Below are positions 12,680 to 23,854 of a stretch of DNA of 64,000 nucleotides, one piece after another. The notes under the pieces were generated by a model. The model was given only the letters and a program-made list of their open reading frames with translations, made no database searches and was not told the DNA's origin. How positions within the stretch are numbered: position 1 is the stretch's first letter; every line of letters starts with the position of its first letter. Position numbers and translations under genes: made by a program. Origin of the DNA: Fimbriosthenelais zetlandica (taxonomy: Eukaryota); assembly GCA_977030845.1 (NCBI GenBank), contig OZ365115.1:8432001-8496000 (forward strand), given 5' to 3'.

Positions 12680-15600
12680 TTTAGTTAGGCTACAGTTTAT
12701 CTTTTCAGGATACTGATTCTGGTTAAATTGAACAGTGTATTTGGCCGGACTGCTGACTTGGAATGGATTCATATCAAAGGAAATGGTTGCTTCTGACGCC
12801 AGATGCTGCTGAACTGGAATGGATTGGTTTCAATGGGCATGGCAAGTACGCATAGTTCAAAGTTCTATTGTTAACATTAATTAACATTTCATCTTTTCAG
12901 GATACGGCTGTTGAACCGAGAATATTGAGTTGGCCCACACTCGGCTGACTTTCAAGTTTGAATGGATTTATATCCAAGGAAATGGTTCCTTCTGTTGACA
13001 AGACGAGACAGAGTTGGACCAGACTCTGCTGAACTGGAATGGATTGGTTTCATTGGAAATTGCAAGTAGGGAATCAGGTAATTCAAAATCCATTGTCAAA
13101 ATTAATTAACAGTTTCTCTTTTTAGGATAGTGATGTTCCAATGAGTACATTGTGTTGAGCAGGATTCTGCTGACATGGAATGGGTTTATGTCAAAGGAAA
13201 TGGTGGCTTCTATTGACAAGACGAGGTAGAGTTGGACCGGACTCTGAACTGGAATGGAAATGGAAATGACAAGTAGGGAATCAGGTGGTTCGTTAACTGC
13301 TAGCATGATTAATTGACTGTTTTTCTTTTCAAGGTACTGCTTCTGTGAAGTGTACATTTGGCCAGACTGCTGACTTGAAATGGACTGATTGACGTCAATG
13401 GAAATGGTTGCTTCTGGTGACATGATGAGGTAGAGTGGGGCCAGACTCTGCTGAACTGGAATGGATTGGTTTCATTGGAAATGGCAAGTAGGGAATCAGG
13501 TACTTCAAAATTCATTGTCAATAGTAATTAATAGATTTCTCTTTCCAGGATACTGCTGGTCAAATGGAAAGTTTTGTTGAGCCAGATTCGCCGGACTTGA
13601 AATGGGTTTATATAAAAGGAAATGGTTGCTTCTGTTGACAAGACGAGATAGAGTTGGACCGGACTCTGCTGAACTGGAATGGAAATGGAAATGACAAGTA
13701 GGGAATCAGGTAGTTCGTTAACTGCTAGCATGATTAATTGACTGTTTTTCTTTTCAAGGTACTGCTTCTGTGAAGTGTACATTTGGCCAGACTGCTGACT
13801 TGAAATGGACTGATTGACGTCAATGGAAATGGTTGCTTCTGTTGACAAGACGAGATAGAGTTGGCCAGATTCTGCTGAACTGGAATGGATTGGTTTCAAT
13901 GGACATGGCAAGTAGCAAATCACGTGGTTCGAAATCTGTTAGCATGATTAATTGACTGTTTTTCTTTTCAAGGTACTACTTCTGTGAGATGTACATTTGG
14001 CCAGACTGCTGACTTGGAATGGATCGAGTGATCAATGTCAATGGAAATGATTGCTTCTGGCCACATGACAACATCGAGTTGGGCTCTGCTGATTTGACAT
14101 GGATTGGTTTCACTGGAAATGGCAAGTAGGCGATCAAGTAATTCAAAATCTATTGTCAAAATTAATTAACAGTTTATCTTTTCAGGATAGTGATGTTCCA
14201 ATGAGTACATTGTGTTGAGCAGGATTCTGCTGACATGGAATGGATTTATATCAAAGGAAATGGTTGCTTCTGTTGACAAGACGAGATTGAGTTGGACCAG
14301 ACTCTGCTGAACTGCAATGGATTGGTTTCAATGGACATGGCAAGTAGGGAATCAGGTATTCAAAATTCATTGTCAATAGTAATTAATAGGTTTCTCTTTT
14401 CAGGATACTGCTTGTCAAATGGAAAGTTTTGTTGATTCTGCTGACTTGGAATAGATTTATATCAAAGGAAATGGTTGCTTCTGTCGACATGATGAGGTAG
14501 AGTGGGGCCAGACTCTGCTGAACTGCAATGGATTGGTTTCAATGGACATGGCAAGTAGGAAATCACGTAGTTCGTTATCTGTTAGCATGATTAATTGACT
14601 GTTTTTCTTTTCAAGGTACTAGCTACTTCTGTGAAGTGTACATTTGGCCAGACTGCTGACTTGGAATGGAGTGATCGATGTCATATGGTTGCTTCTGATT
14701 TGGCTGGATTGGTTTCTCTGAAAATGGCAAGTATAGCCTATCACGTAATTCAAAATCTTTTTTGTCAAAATGAATTATCTATTTATCTTTTCAGGATAAT
14801 ACTGGTCCAATGAGAAGAGTGTGTTGAGCAGGATTCTGCTGACTTGGAATGGATTTATATCAAAGGAAATGGTTGCTTCTGTTGACATGACGAGATTGAG
14901 TTGGACCAGACTCTGCTGATCTGGAATGGATTGGTTTCAATGGACATGGCAAGTAGGAAATCACGTAGTTCGGAATCTGTTAGTATGATTAATTGACTGT
15001 TTTTCTTTTCAAGGTACGACTTCTGTGAAGTGTACATTTGGCCAGACTGCTGACTTGACATGGACTGATTGACGTCAATGGAAATGGTTGCTTCTGGTGA
15101 CATGACAAGAGTTGGGCTTTGCTGATTTGGCGTGGATTGGTTTCTCTGGAAATGGCAAGTAGGGTATCAAGTAATTCAAAATCAATTGCTAAAATTAATT
15201 CTCAGTTTATCTTTTCAGGATTGTTCCAATGCTGTTCCAATGAGAAGATTGTGTTGAGCAGGATTCTGCTGACTTGGAATGGATTTATATCAAAGGAAAT
15301 GGTTGCTTCTGTTGACAAGACGAGGTAGAGTTGGACCAGACTCTGCTGAACTGCAATGGATTGGTTTCAATGGATATGGCAAGTAGGGTATCAAGTAATT
15401 CAAAATCCATTGACAAAATTTATCAACATTTTATCTTTTCAGGATACTGGTGGTCCAAAGAGTATATTGTGTTGAACAAGTTTCTGCTGACTTGGAATGG
15501 ATTTATATCAAAGGAAATGGTTGCTTCTGTCGACATGACTAGGTAGAGTTGGGCCAGACTCTGCTGAACTGGAATGGATTGGTTTCAATGGACATGGCAA

Positions 15601-16830
15601 GTAGGGAATCAGGTAATTCGTTATCTGTTAGCATGATTAATTGACTGTTTTTCTTTTCAAGGTACTGCTTCTGTGAAGTGTACATTTGGCCAGACTGCTG
15701 ACTTGAAGTGGAGTGATTGATGTCAATGGAATTGGTTGCTTCTGTTGACATGACGAGGTTGAGTTGGGCCAGACTCTGCTGAACTGCAATAGATTGGTTT
15801 CATTGGAAATGGCAAGTAGGGAATCAGGTACTTCAAAATTCATTGTCAATAGTAATTAATAGATTTCTCTTTCCAGGATACTGCTGGTCAAATGGAAAGT
15901 TTTGTTGAGCCAGATTCGCCGGACTTGGAATGGGTTTATATCAAAGGATATGGTTGCTTCTGTTGACAAGACGAGATAGAGTGGGGCCAGACTCTGCTGA
16001 ACTGCAATGGATTGGTTTCAATGGACATGGCAAGTAGGAAATCACGTAGTTCGGTATCTGTTAGCATGAGTAATTGACTGTTTTTCTTTTCAAGGTACTA
16101 CTTCTATTGAAAAGTGAAGTGTACATTTGGCCAGACTGCTGACTTGGAATGGAGTGATCGATGTCATATGGTTGCTTCTGATTTGGCTGGATTGGTTTCT
16201 CTGGAAATGGCAAGTATAGGCTATCAAGTAATTCAAAATCTTGTTTTCAAATTTAATTAACAATTTATCTTTTCAGGATAATACTTGTCCAATGAGAAGA
16301 GTGTGTTGAGCAGGATTCTGCTGACTTGGAATGGATTTATATCAAAGGAAATGGTGGCTTCTGTTGACAAGACGAGATTGAGTGTGTGTGGACTCTGCTG
16401 AACTGGAATGGACATGGTAAGTATGGAATCGTGTAGTTCGAAATCTATTAGCAAATTTTTTTTAAATTATTATTATTGAACTGTTTTTTCTTTTCAAGAT
16501 ACTAAACGTTACTGCTGTTGAAAAGTGAAGTGTGGATATGGCCAGACTGCTGACTTGGAAGTCATTGGTTTCACTGGAAATGGCAAGTAAGTATCATGTA
16601 ATTCAAAATCCATTGTCAAAATTGATTGACTTGGAATATTATTATTATATTGATGTCATTGGAAATGGTTTTATATCAAAGGAAATGGTATGTTGATAAC
16701 CGAGTATTATCATATTCAAAATCTGTTGTCAAAATTAAATAAAAGTTTATCTTTTCAGGATAATGATTCTGTTGAAATGAGAAGAGTGAGTTGGGCCAGA
16801 CTCTGCTGAATCGTTTTACATCAATGTGGC
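12680..16830. repeat. Complex tandem array, about 20 units averaging ~213 bp, with A-type and B-type units
   Basis: Recurring TTTTCAG|GAT (A-type) or TTTTCAAG|GTAC (B-type) landmarks at 12708, 12900, 13125, 13333, 13548, 13758, 13972, 14185, 14403, 14615, 14794, 15013, 15218, 15442, 15661, 15876, 16094, 16276, 16498 and 16758. Each unit contains two diverged sub-repeats (CCAGACTCTGCTGAACTGGAATGGATT...) and an AT-rich segment. Confidence 0.92.
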
Positions 16831-17438
16831 AAGAGTAGCGAATTGAATAGTTGAAAACCAAAAGAACACTTGGAGCAGATTCTGGAAGAGATCGACTCTG
16901 GAGACCAGGAGCATCCGAAGATGGATTAGAAGGAAAAAAAGTGTGGATCATTCATGACACTTTGACAGGTATTTACCAAATTAAACATTTTTATAGGACG
17001 CCATGGTAGGCATACATGTACATCAAAATAATAGAAACTGAGGGGGACCAGGTGGTCAGAACCCCCGCCCCACTCCCGCCGCAGGTGCATGGATTATACT
17101 GGATATGATTTTTTCCGGTGGTTTGACTCGACCTCCCCTACAGTTTTTATTTACACCCCTGAAATCTATTCCAAAATACTTGCATATCAATCGATACAGT
17201 CTACACAGTGTGCAGCTGCAAACACCCTGTCATATGATCAACATGATGCAATCAGTCAGTCATTTTTAATTTTTAATTAAAAAAATTGAAAAAACACCAC
17301 AACTCCCAAAATACAGTTAAGGGCTTTAATGAGGCACATTGTTGTACAGTTGTAATGACGTTTTGGCCTGGTATGAGGCCTTCTTCAGGGTTTTCTATAA
17401 TGTTCAAGTCTTTGAAAGCATGCATAGTTTCTCTCGTA

Positions 17439-17658
17439 CTAGTATGGTGGCCCATGAGTGCCATCTCGTACTCTCGTCCTTCGCCTGCCACGAAAGTACT
17501 TTCGCTTGCCACGAAAGTATTTCGCGGCTTCATATAGGGCACGAAAGTACTTTCTCATATTCCCAGTCCGTTCCCATTCCTTAAAGCGCATTCCCACTTT
17601 TCCTTTGCATTCAATAGACCTATATGAGCTGTGATTGGAGCAGGGTGGTCACACGAAA
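17439..17658 (-). mobile_element. Partial copy (3' end) of a minisatellite-bearing Helitron-like non-autonomous element
   Basis: Reverse complement of 23600-23854. Carries 2 copies of a 21-bp unit with the palindrome CGAAAGTACTTTCG and ends CTAG|T after a short GC hairpin. Classification as Helitron-like is inference. Confidence 0.6.
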
Positions 17659-17870
17659 ATGCCTTTTGATGCTTTTGACAAATTAGGTGGAGATTTTTTA
17701 TTATTAATTCTGATTGGGCCAAAGAGACGAATTTAGGCTATATTAGGCCTAGTTTCGAATTTATAATTGGTAAAGAAAATTAGTAAAAACTGTAGGCCTA
17801 CAGAAAGGGACGGAAATTGCTAATAGGCTAGGCCAACTCATAGGCCCTAGGCCTATTAGGCTATTTTTTT

Positions 17871-18191
17871 AAAACCAGCATTGCATTTTTTCGACACACA
17901 CTGGATCCACCAAAGATCCACATTAGCCTAGGCCCGTACTGATCCTCATAATTTCTATCTCCCTCCACCTTAACTTCCCTAGGCCTACCTAGGAATATTT
18001 ACTTAGGCCTACCTTTAGGCCTACATAGGCCCTACATATAGCCTAGCCTGCCATGGGTCCTACCTGTAGTACACTACCTGCATGGGCTGTGTAGCCTATG
18101 GTGGCAAAACCAGCATTGAATTTTTTCGACACACACTGGATCCACCAAAGATCCACATTAGCCTAGGCCTGTACTGATCCTCATAATTTCT
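17871..18191. repeat. ~85-bp dispersed direct duplication (17871-17956 and 18106-18191)
   Basis: AAAACCAGCATTG...CGACACACACTGGATCCACCAAAGATCCACATTAGCCTAGGCC...GATCCTCATAATTTCT occurs twice, 235 bp apart, with few substitutions. Confidence 0.85.
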
Positions 18192-18350
18192 GGGGTTTTT
18201 TTCGACAAATTATTAGCCTAACATCGAAAAACAGACCCTCAAAGTTTAGGTCTAGGCCTACTCTTTTCAACATAGGCCTAGTAGGGCGTAGCCTATAGGC
18301 TTGTTTTTAATCATCTCAGCCCCATGATGTCTGGTAGGCCTATCCATAGA

Positions 18351-18535
18351 ACTAGAAAAGACGTCTTTTCTAATTCGCGACGTGAGAAAGTAGTTTCGCG
18401 ACGTGAGAAAGTAGTTTCGCGACGTGAGGAATTAGTTTCGCGACGTGAGAAAGTACTTTGGCGACGTGGGAGAGTACTTTCGCGACGTGAGAATGTACTT
18501 TCGCGACGTGAGAAAGTACTTTCGAGACGTGAGAC
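18351..18535 (+). mobile_element. Left part of the minisatellite-bearing host element split by the LTR insertion
   Basis: Starts ACTAG with a 20-bp perfect palindrome TAGAAAAGACGTCTTTTCTA (18353-18372). About 8 tandem 21-bp units (GAGAAAGTACTTTCGCGACGT) run up to the GAGAC target site. Confidence 0.65.
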
Positions 18536-19633
18536 TGTCACATACACCTATGGATGCTGTTTATGCCCATGTAGAGGTTACATGGACAAACACCCAGACC
18601 AGTTCAATGTCACATATGACAGTTGATGACTGGTTGTAGGGTTGTCGTGTGTGATAATAAAAAAGATGTAGAAGGGGTTTTGATGGGTAAAATGTTCTCA
18701 CCTTCGATAGATGTGTGTGTAATAGATGTGTGTGTACTCCATTCGTATAACCAAGTAGTAGTGAGGAGGGAGGAGGTTTTAATAGAAGTGCCTATACTCC
18801 ATTCGAGATCAATACATAATCATAATCGATTAGTAAACGAGGAGGGGGAAGGCTTTAGGCATGTTGAAACTAAAAGGGGTGACTAAGTACATGCCTTAAT
18901 GGAATGTACATGTCGTAGACAGAGGAGGCGCCAGCTTTTAGGGTTTTATGTGTATTTTATGACCATGCCGGTAGTAAAACGACAGTAAAACGACAAAGGA
19001 CATATTGATTACTTAATGGCAAATTTTATGTGCATATTACATGAGGATTCGATGGCAATTGTGTGTTGATCTATGCGAATTCTGTAAGAATGCTGTGGGA
19101 ATTCTGGGAGATTCTGTGCGATTATATGGGAAACCTATGAGAATTATAAGGGATTGTAGTGGAATTATATGGGAAACCTATGAAATTATAAGGGATTGTA
19201 GTGGAATTATATGGGAAACCTATGAGAATTATAAGGGATTGTAGTGGAATTATATGGGAAACCTATGAGAATTATATGTGAATCTATGAGAAATATATGG
19301 GAATTAGTGCTAAGCCAATCAGGGGGCAAAGCATATATAAGGCAGGGGAATATTGAGGTAAACACAACACAAAACCTGGTACTGTAACTCAGAACGTTGA
19401 GAAGGAATCATATCTCTCATGGATTGATTTGTGGAATTGTATCTTTGTCTTCTTTGGATATTGTGATTTGGACCTATTTGAGAAATAAATGCTAAATTAA
19501 CGCATTTACGCCTATTTTATTCTTATCCATGGAGTCCTGCTACTATGTGACACATCGTTGTTTTAGTGTGCAGTGAACACGCATTTTATTTTCTTACATG
19601 AAGGCTCCTACCATAAAGGGGGCCGACATGAAA
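18536..19633 (+). repeat. 5' LTR with internal ~43-bp tandem repeats, CCAAT and TATA boxes and a polyA signal
   Basis: ATTATATGGGAAACCTATGA at 19121, 19164, 19206 and 19249. CCAAT at 19315-19319, TATATAA at 19334-19340, AATAAA at 19484-19489. Confidence 0.85.
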
Positions 19634-19634
19634 G

Positions 19635-19652
19635 TGGTGACCCCGACGTGAT
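19635..19652 (+). other. Primer-binding site complementary to the tRNA-Trp 3' end
   Basis: TGGTGACCCCGACGTGAT is the 18-nt reverse complement of the metazoan tRNA-Trp(CCA) 3' end (...ATCACGTCGGGGTCACCA). It lies 1 nt after the 5' LTR. Confidence 0.9.
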
Positions 19653-20025
19653 GGGAAAAAGACAAGCCATGGATGCGGGAACAGGGCCGGCAGCACAGGA
19701 ACAACCATGTTCTCTAAATCTCCAAGGGAAATCTCCCTCCACCTGTCCAATGGAAGTGTCGTCCTTGCCAAGTAAAGCCCCACCCACAAAACGGAAAATA
19801 GGGCGGCCAAGGAATTGTGGGGAGGATGTGGCTGGAAAGTTTCTCTGTGAATCCTGTGGTGAAAGGTTCACACTAGTAAATTTTCACGCCACCGTGAAGC
19901 CACACCTGATGAATGTTCATAGTATGGACAGGCAGCAAGTCCAGCAGTCCAGCAAGTCTTTGAAAACACCAGACGCACCAGACTCAGTGGGCCAAGAGCA
20001 AGTCACTCAAACTTGCAATAAGTAG
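19651..20025 (+). CDS. 124-aa ORF of the LTR element with an AT-hook-like motif and a C2H2/BED-like zinc finger
   Basis: The ATG overlaps the end of the PBS. KRKIGRPR is followed by FLCESCGERFTLVNFHATVKPHLMNVH (C-x2-C-x15-H-x4-H). Expression is unknown. Confidence 0.5.
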   Translation: MGKRQAMDAGTGPAAQEQPCSLNLQGKSPSTCPMEVSSLPSKAPPTKRKIGRPRNCGEDVAGKFLCESCGERFTLVNFHATVKPHLMNVHSMDRQQVQQSSKSLKTPDAPDSVGQEQVTQTCNK

Positions 20026-20922
20026 TGAGAGGGAGCAAAAGGAAATGATTGCCATAGGAATTATACCAACCCAGACCAAATACCAAGGAAATGGGATGGT
20101 TAAACCATACCAGGAGATCCCCAGTCCAACCAAGTGCCTATAAGTGATCATCAAGGAGCTGTGAAGTGGAATTAGTGATGGCAGTAGAGACAGTTAAAAC
20201 ACAACTAGAGCCAATAAGTCAATACCTACCCATCCCAAAGAAACCAAAAAATGACCAAGGAAACCAATCAGATTGAGCCCTCTGCAGGCACGCAAATACA
20301 AAGGAAAAAAAACAGAACCAATTACCTTGAGCAGGCCAAAGGAAGAGACATTGTTTGAGCCAGAGTTGAAACATTTAATTCCAAATGTGACCTTTGTAGT
20401 CCCAGTATATGTGTAAGCTTTCTAGAAATGTGTTTATATGGTGTGTCAGGATTCGCGGCCCTGGCAGCACCATTGACAGCCATGCCCCACACAATACAGA
20501 CATTTGATAATGATTTGATTTGATAATGATTTGATAATGCTCGCCCATCCCATAAGTTCCCAGATACTCCAGATACACGAGAAGCAGATGATGTTGAGAT
20601 TCCAAATCCAAAATTTTAAAAGGATTCCGGAGGAGACAGTTTCAGAGGTAATTTGATACGTGCTAGTATGAAGATGAAGCCAGGTGAATTGATAAAGACA
20701 AAATATCCCATCCCAGAACTAAAAAAAAAGAGCAGGAGAAAAACGACTGCCAATAGGGAGGACTTCAAGTAACTTTAGTGAGGTAGACACAGCTACCTGT
20801 TCCAACGAGGAAGGACTTCCACAGATAGAAGCAACCAAATCCAGTGTTAAACAGCCGATAAACCGAGGAATAACCAGATGATTGCGGAGATGTACGGTGA
20901 GGTAGACCCATTACCTACTCCG

Positions 20923-21075
20923 ATGAGAAAAGCCTTCCAACCACGGAAGCACCCGAGAGAAATGAGGAAAGTCTTCCATCCACGGAAGCACGCAAGAGAA
21001 ATGAGGAAAGCCTTCCATCCACGGAAGCATCCGAGACCAAGGAGAAAAGCCTTCCATCCACGGAAGCATCCTGCG
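20923..21075. repeat. 39-bp tandem repeat x4 inside the LTR element
   Basis: Units start at 20923, 20962, 21001 and 21040 (ATGAGGAAAGCCTTCCATCCACGGAAGCATCCGAGA...). Confidence 0.9.
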
Positions 21076-22496
21076 TGACAGGAATGTCAGAAACATTCCT
21101 GAGTGTAAAATGAGGAACACCTGTTACCTGTTGTAAAATTCTTGCATCCCAACATGTATGGTTTCAGCAGCTATGATGTCCCAACTCACCAGTACTAATA
21201 ATTATAATTTTAGAACCAAGGAGTGCTATGCTTGATATAATGTAGGTCTATATGCTGAAATTCCCACTGTCTGGCTTGACATGCCAGAGCTGGCACCTGC
21301 TGGTTAGTAAGAGCCACCGAGGAAGAAAGATGTATATTATGTATCAATAACTTGCTATTATACTTTGCTCCCGTATTAAGACACATGTGGATTAACAGAC
21401 ATTGTTAGAAAGCAGATTGAGAACCAAAATAATCAGAAACAGGAAATTGACCCAGATGAATTGCCATGTTGACAGGCCCATTGCATCCTCCAGAGAAATT
21501 GAATAACCCTGCAGACTCCATTTCATAGTGGACATTGTGGTTTGACCAGAAGGGACACATGATTTAGGGTGCAACTCAATGAATGCTGAAAGGTGACCAC
21601 TTGTTGATGCCGGAAATATGCATACATTTATAACGTATAGATTATATACTCGCTTGTGTCATCGACTCTCGCTACATAATGCAGAGCGATTGCCGAGTAT
21701 GACCAGCCATGGCTTACCCAGCCATGGATATGCACTTTGAACATGGATTTATTGATTGGAGTGTTTCGGTGCCAGTGATGATGTGTCACTCAAGTCACAC
21801 AAGAGAGGTATGAAGTTGGGCACCAGACATATCCTAACGAGATGTCGCCTAACCATGGTTTCGCTCTTGTCGTGCTTATACCTGAAATGGACTGTGTAGC
21901 AGTTAATGAAATCTGACGTGTGTTTTGTGCCAGGGAGACACATGCCCACAAGGTATTTTCCTGCCGCCACCAGCGATGGACACTGACGATGGTTATCTAA
22001 TCTGCCAGAGGTCTTAGGTATGGCCAGTGACAGAGGGACAGAATGTAGAACAGGGCATACTTCGACATGACATGAACACACCCAGTTTATTGGTGAGGTT
22101 ATCACTGATAACATGGGTTACTAGGGAAAAACATAGTAACCATGAGTCACCTGTACCCATGTGAACCGTATTGTTATAATAATGAGTCCTAAAGTAGGCC
22201 TACACAATTATAAGTAATCAGAACCTATCTATACCCGTGTTTGACCTGACTATATGTGTTGGTAGTAGTAGAGTAACTTATAATTAGCCTAAGTATCCAT
22301 TACAGAGGATTGCACTGAAGTAGGTATTGTGAACATCGATTGACCAGGACATTATCCCAGCGGGAGACAATTGTGCATGTGGGCTTCTTTGGAGTACCCT
22401 GGACCAGGATTGCATAGTTTATTAAGGGACAACTCATGGAAGGGAGATTTGTGCTGTTGTGATGAACAAAGCACAAATCTTAAAGGATGGGAGGAA

Positions 22497-23594
22497 TGTC
22501 ACATACACCTATGGATGCTGTTTATGCCCATGTAGAGGTTACATGGACAAACACCCAGACCAGTTCAATGTCACATATGACAGTTGATGACTGGTTGTAG
22601 GGTTGTCGTGTGTGATAATAAAAAAGATGTAGAAGGGGTTTTGATGGGTAAAATGTTCTCACCTTCGATAGATGTGTGTGTAATAGATGTGTGTGTACTC
22701 CATTCGTATAACCAAGTAGTAGTGAGGAGGGAGGAGGTTTTAATAGAAGTGCCTATACTCCATTCGAGATCAATACATAATCATAATCGATTAGTAAACG
22801 AGGAGGGGGAAGGCTTTAGGCATGTTGAAACTAAAAGGGGTGACTAAGTACATGCCTTAATGGAATGTACATGTCGTAGACAGAGGAGGCGCCAGCTTTT
22901 AGGGTTTTATGTGTATTTTATGACCATGCCGGTAGTAAAACGACAGTAAAACGACAAAGGACATATTGATTACTTAATGGCAAATTTTATGTGCATATTA
23001 CATGAGGATTCGATGGCAATTGTGTGTTGATCTATGCGAATTCTGTAAGAATGCTGTGGGAATTCTGGGAGATTCTGTGCGATTATATGGGAAACCTATG
23101 AGAATTATAAGGGATTGTAGTGGAATTATATGGGAAACCTATGAAATTATAAGGGATTGTAGTGGAATTATATGGGAAACCTATGAGAATTATAAGGGAT
23201 TGTAGTGGAATTATATGGGAAACCTATGAGAATTATATGTGAATCTATGAGAAATATATGGGAATTAGTGCTAAGCCAATCAGGGGGCAAAGCATATATA
23301 AGGCAGGGGAATATTGAGGTAAACACAACACAAAACCTGGTACTGTAACTCAGAACGTTGAGAAGGAATCATATCTCTCATGGATTGATTTGTGGAATTG
23401 TATCTTTGTCTTCTTTGGATATTGTGATTTGGACCTATTTGAGAAATAAATGCTAAATTAACGCATTTACGCCTATTTTATTCTTATCCATGGAGTCCTG
23501 CTACTATGTGACACATCGTTGTTTTAGTGTGCAGTGAACACGCATTTTATTTTCTTACATGAAGGCTCCTACCATAAAGGGGGCCGACATGAAA
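22497..23594 (+). repeat. 3' LTR preceded by a polypurine tract
   Basis: Copy of 18536-19633. AAAGGATGGGAGGAA lies immediately upstream (22482-22496). Confidence 0.9.
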
Positions 23595-23854
23595 GAGACC
23601 ACCCTGCTCCAATCACAGGCCAAGGAAAAGTCGGAATGCGCTTTAAGGAATGGGAACGGACTGGGAATATGAGAAAGTACTTTCGTGCCCTATATGAAGC
23701 CGCGAAAGTACTTTCGTGGCAGGCGAAAGTACTTTCGTGGTAGGCGAAAGTACTTTCGTGGTAGGCGAAAGTACTTTCGTGGTAGGCGAAAGTACTTTCG
23801 TGGCAGGCGAAGGACGAGAGTACGAGATGGCACTCATGGGCCACCATATACTAG
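23595..23854 (+). mobile_element. Right part of the split host element (Helitron-like 3' end)
   Basis: Five 21-bp units GCGAAAGTACTTTCGTGG(T/C)AG, a hairpin TGGC-N8-GCCA and a terminal CTAG|T at 23851-23855. Matches 17439-17658 in reverse. Confidence 0.65.

Larger units (their letters stand above)
18536..23594 (+). mobile_element. Non-autonomous LTR retroelement, 5059 bp, very recent insertion
   Basis: Two 1098-bp direct repeats (18536-19633 and 22497-23594) at a constant offset of 3961, with no differences seen by eye. LTR starts TGTCAC. PBS at 19635-19652, PPT at 22482-22496, GAGAC duplicated at 18531-18535 and 23595-23599. No intact pol ORF in the 2.86 kb interior. Confidence 0.93.

Noticed and set aside
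13106-16454. Protein-coding ORFs within the tandem array (both strands)
   Set aside because: The ORFs are short, recur only because of the repeat, and had stops in all frames in the units checked.
18311-18626. Arg-rich repetitive ORFs (SRREKVV, RKYFRGR; also 23569-23942)
   Set aside because: These are translations of 21-bp minisatellites.
17439-23854. A single 6.4-kb DNA transposon with long terminal inverted repeats
   Set aside because: The right-hand repeat is the distal half of an element split by the LTR insertion (TSD GAGAC). The left one is better explained as an independent inverted copy, and there is no TSD around the block.
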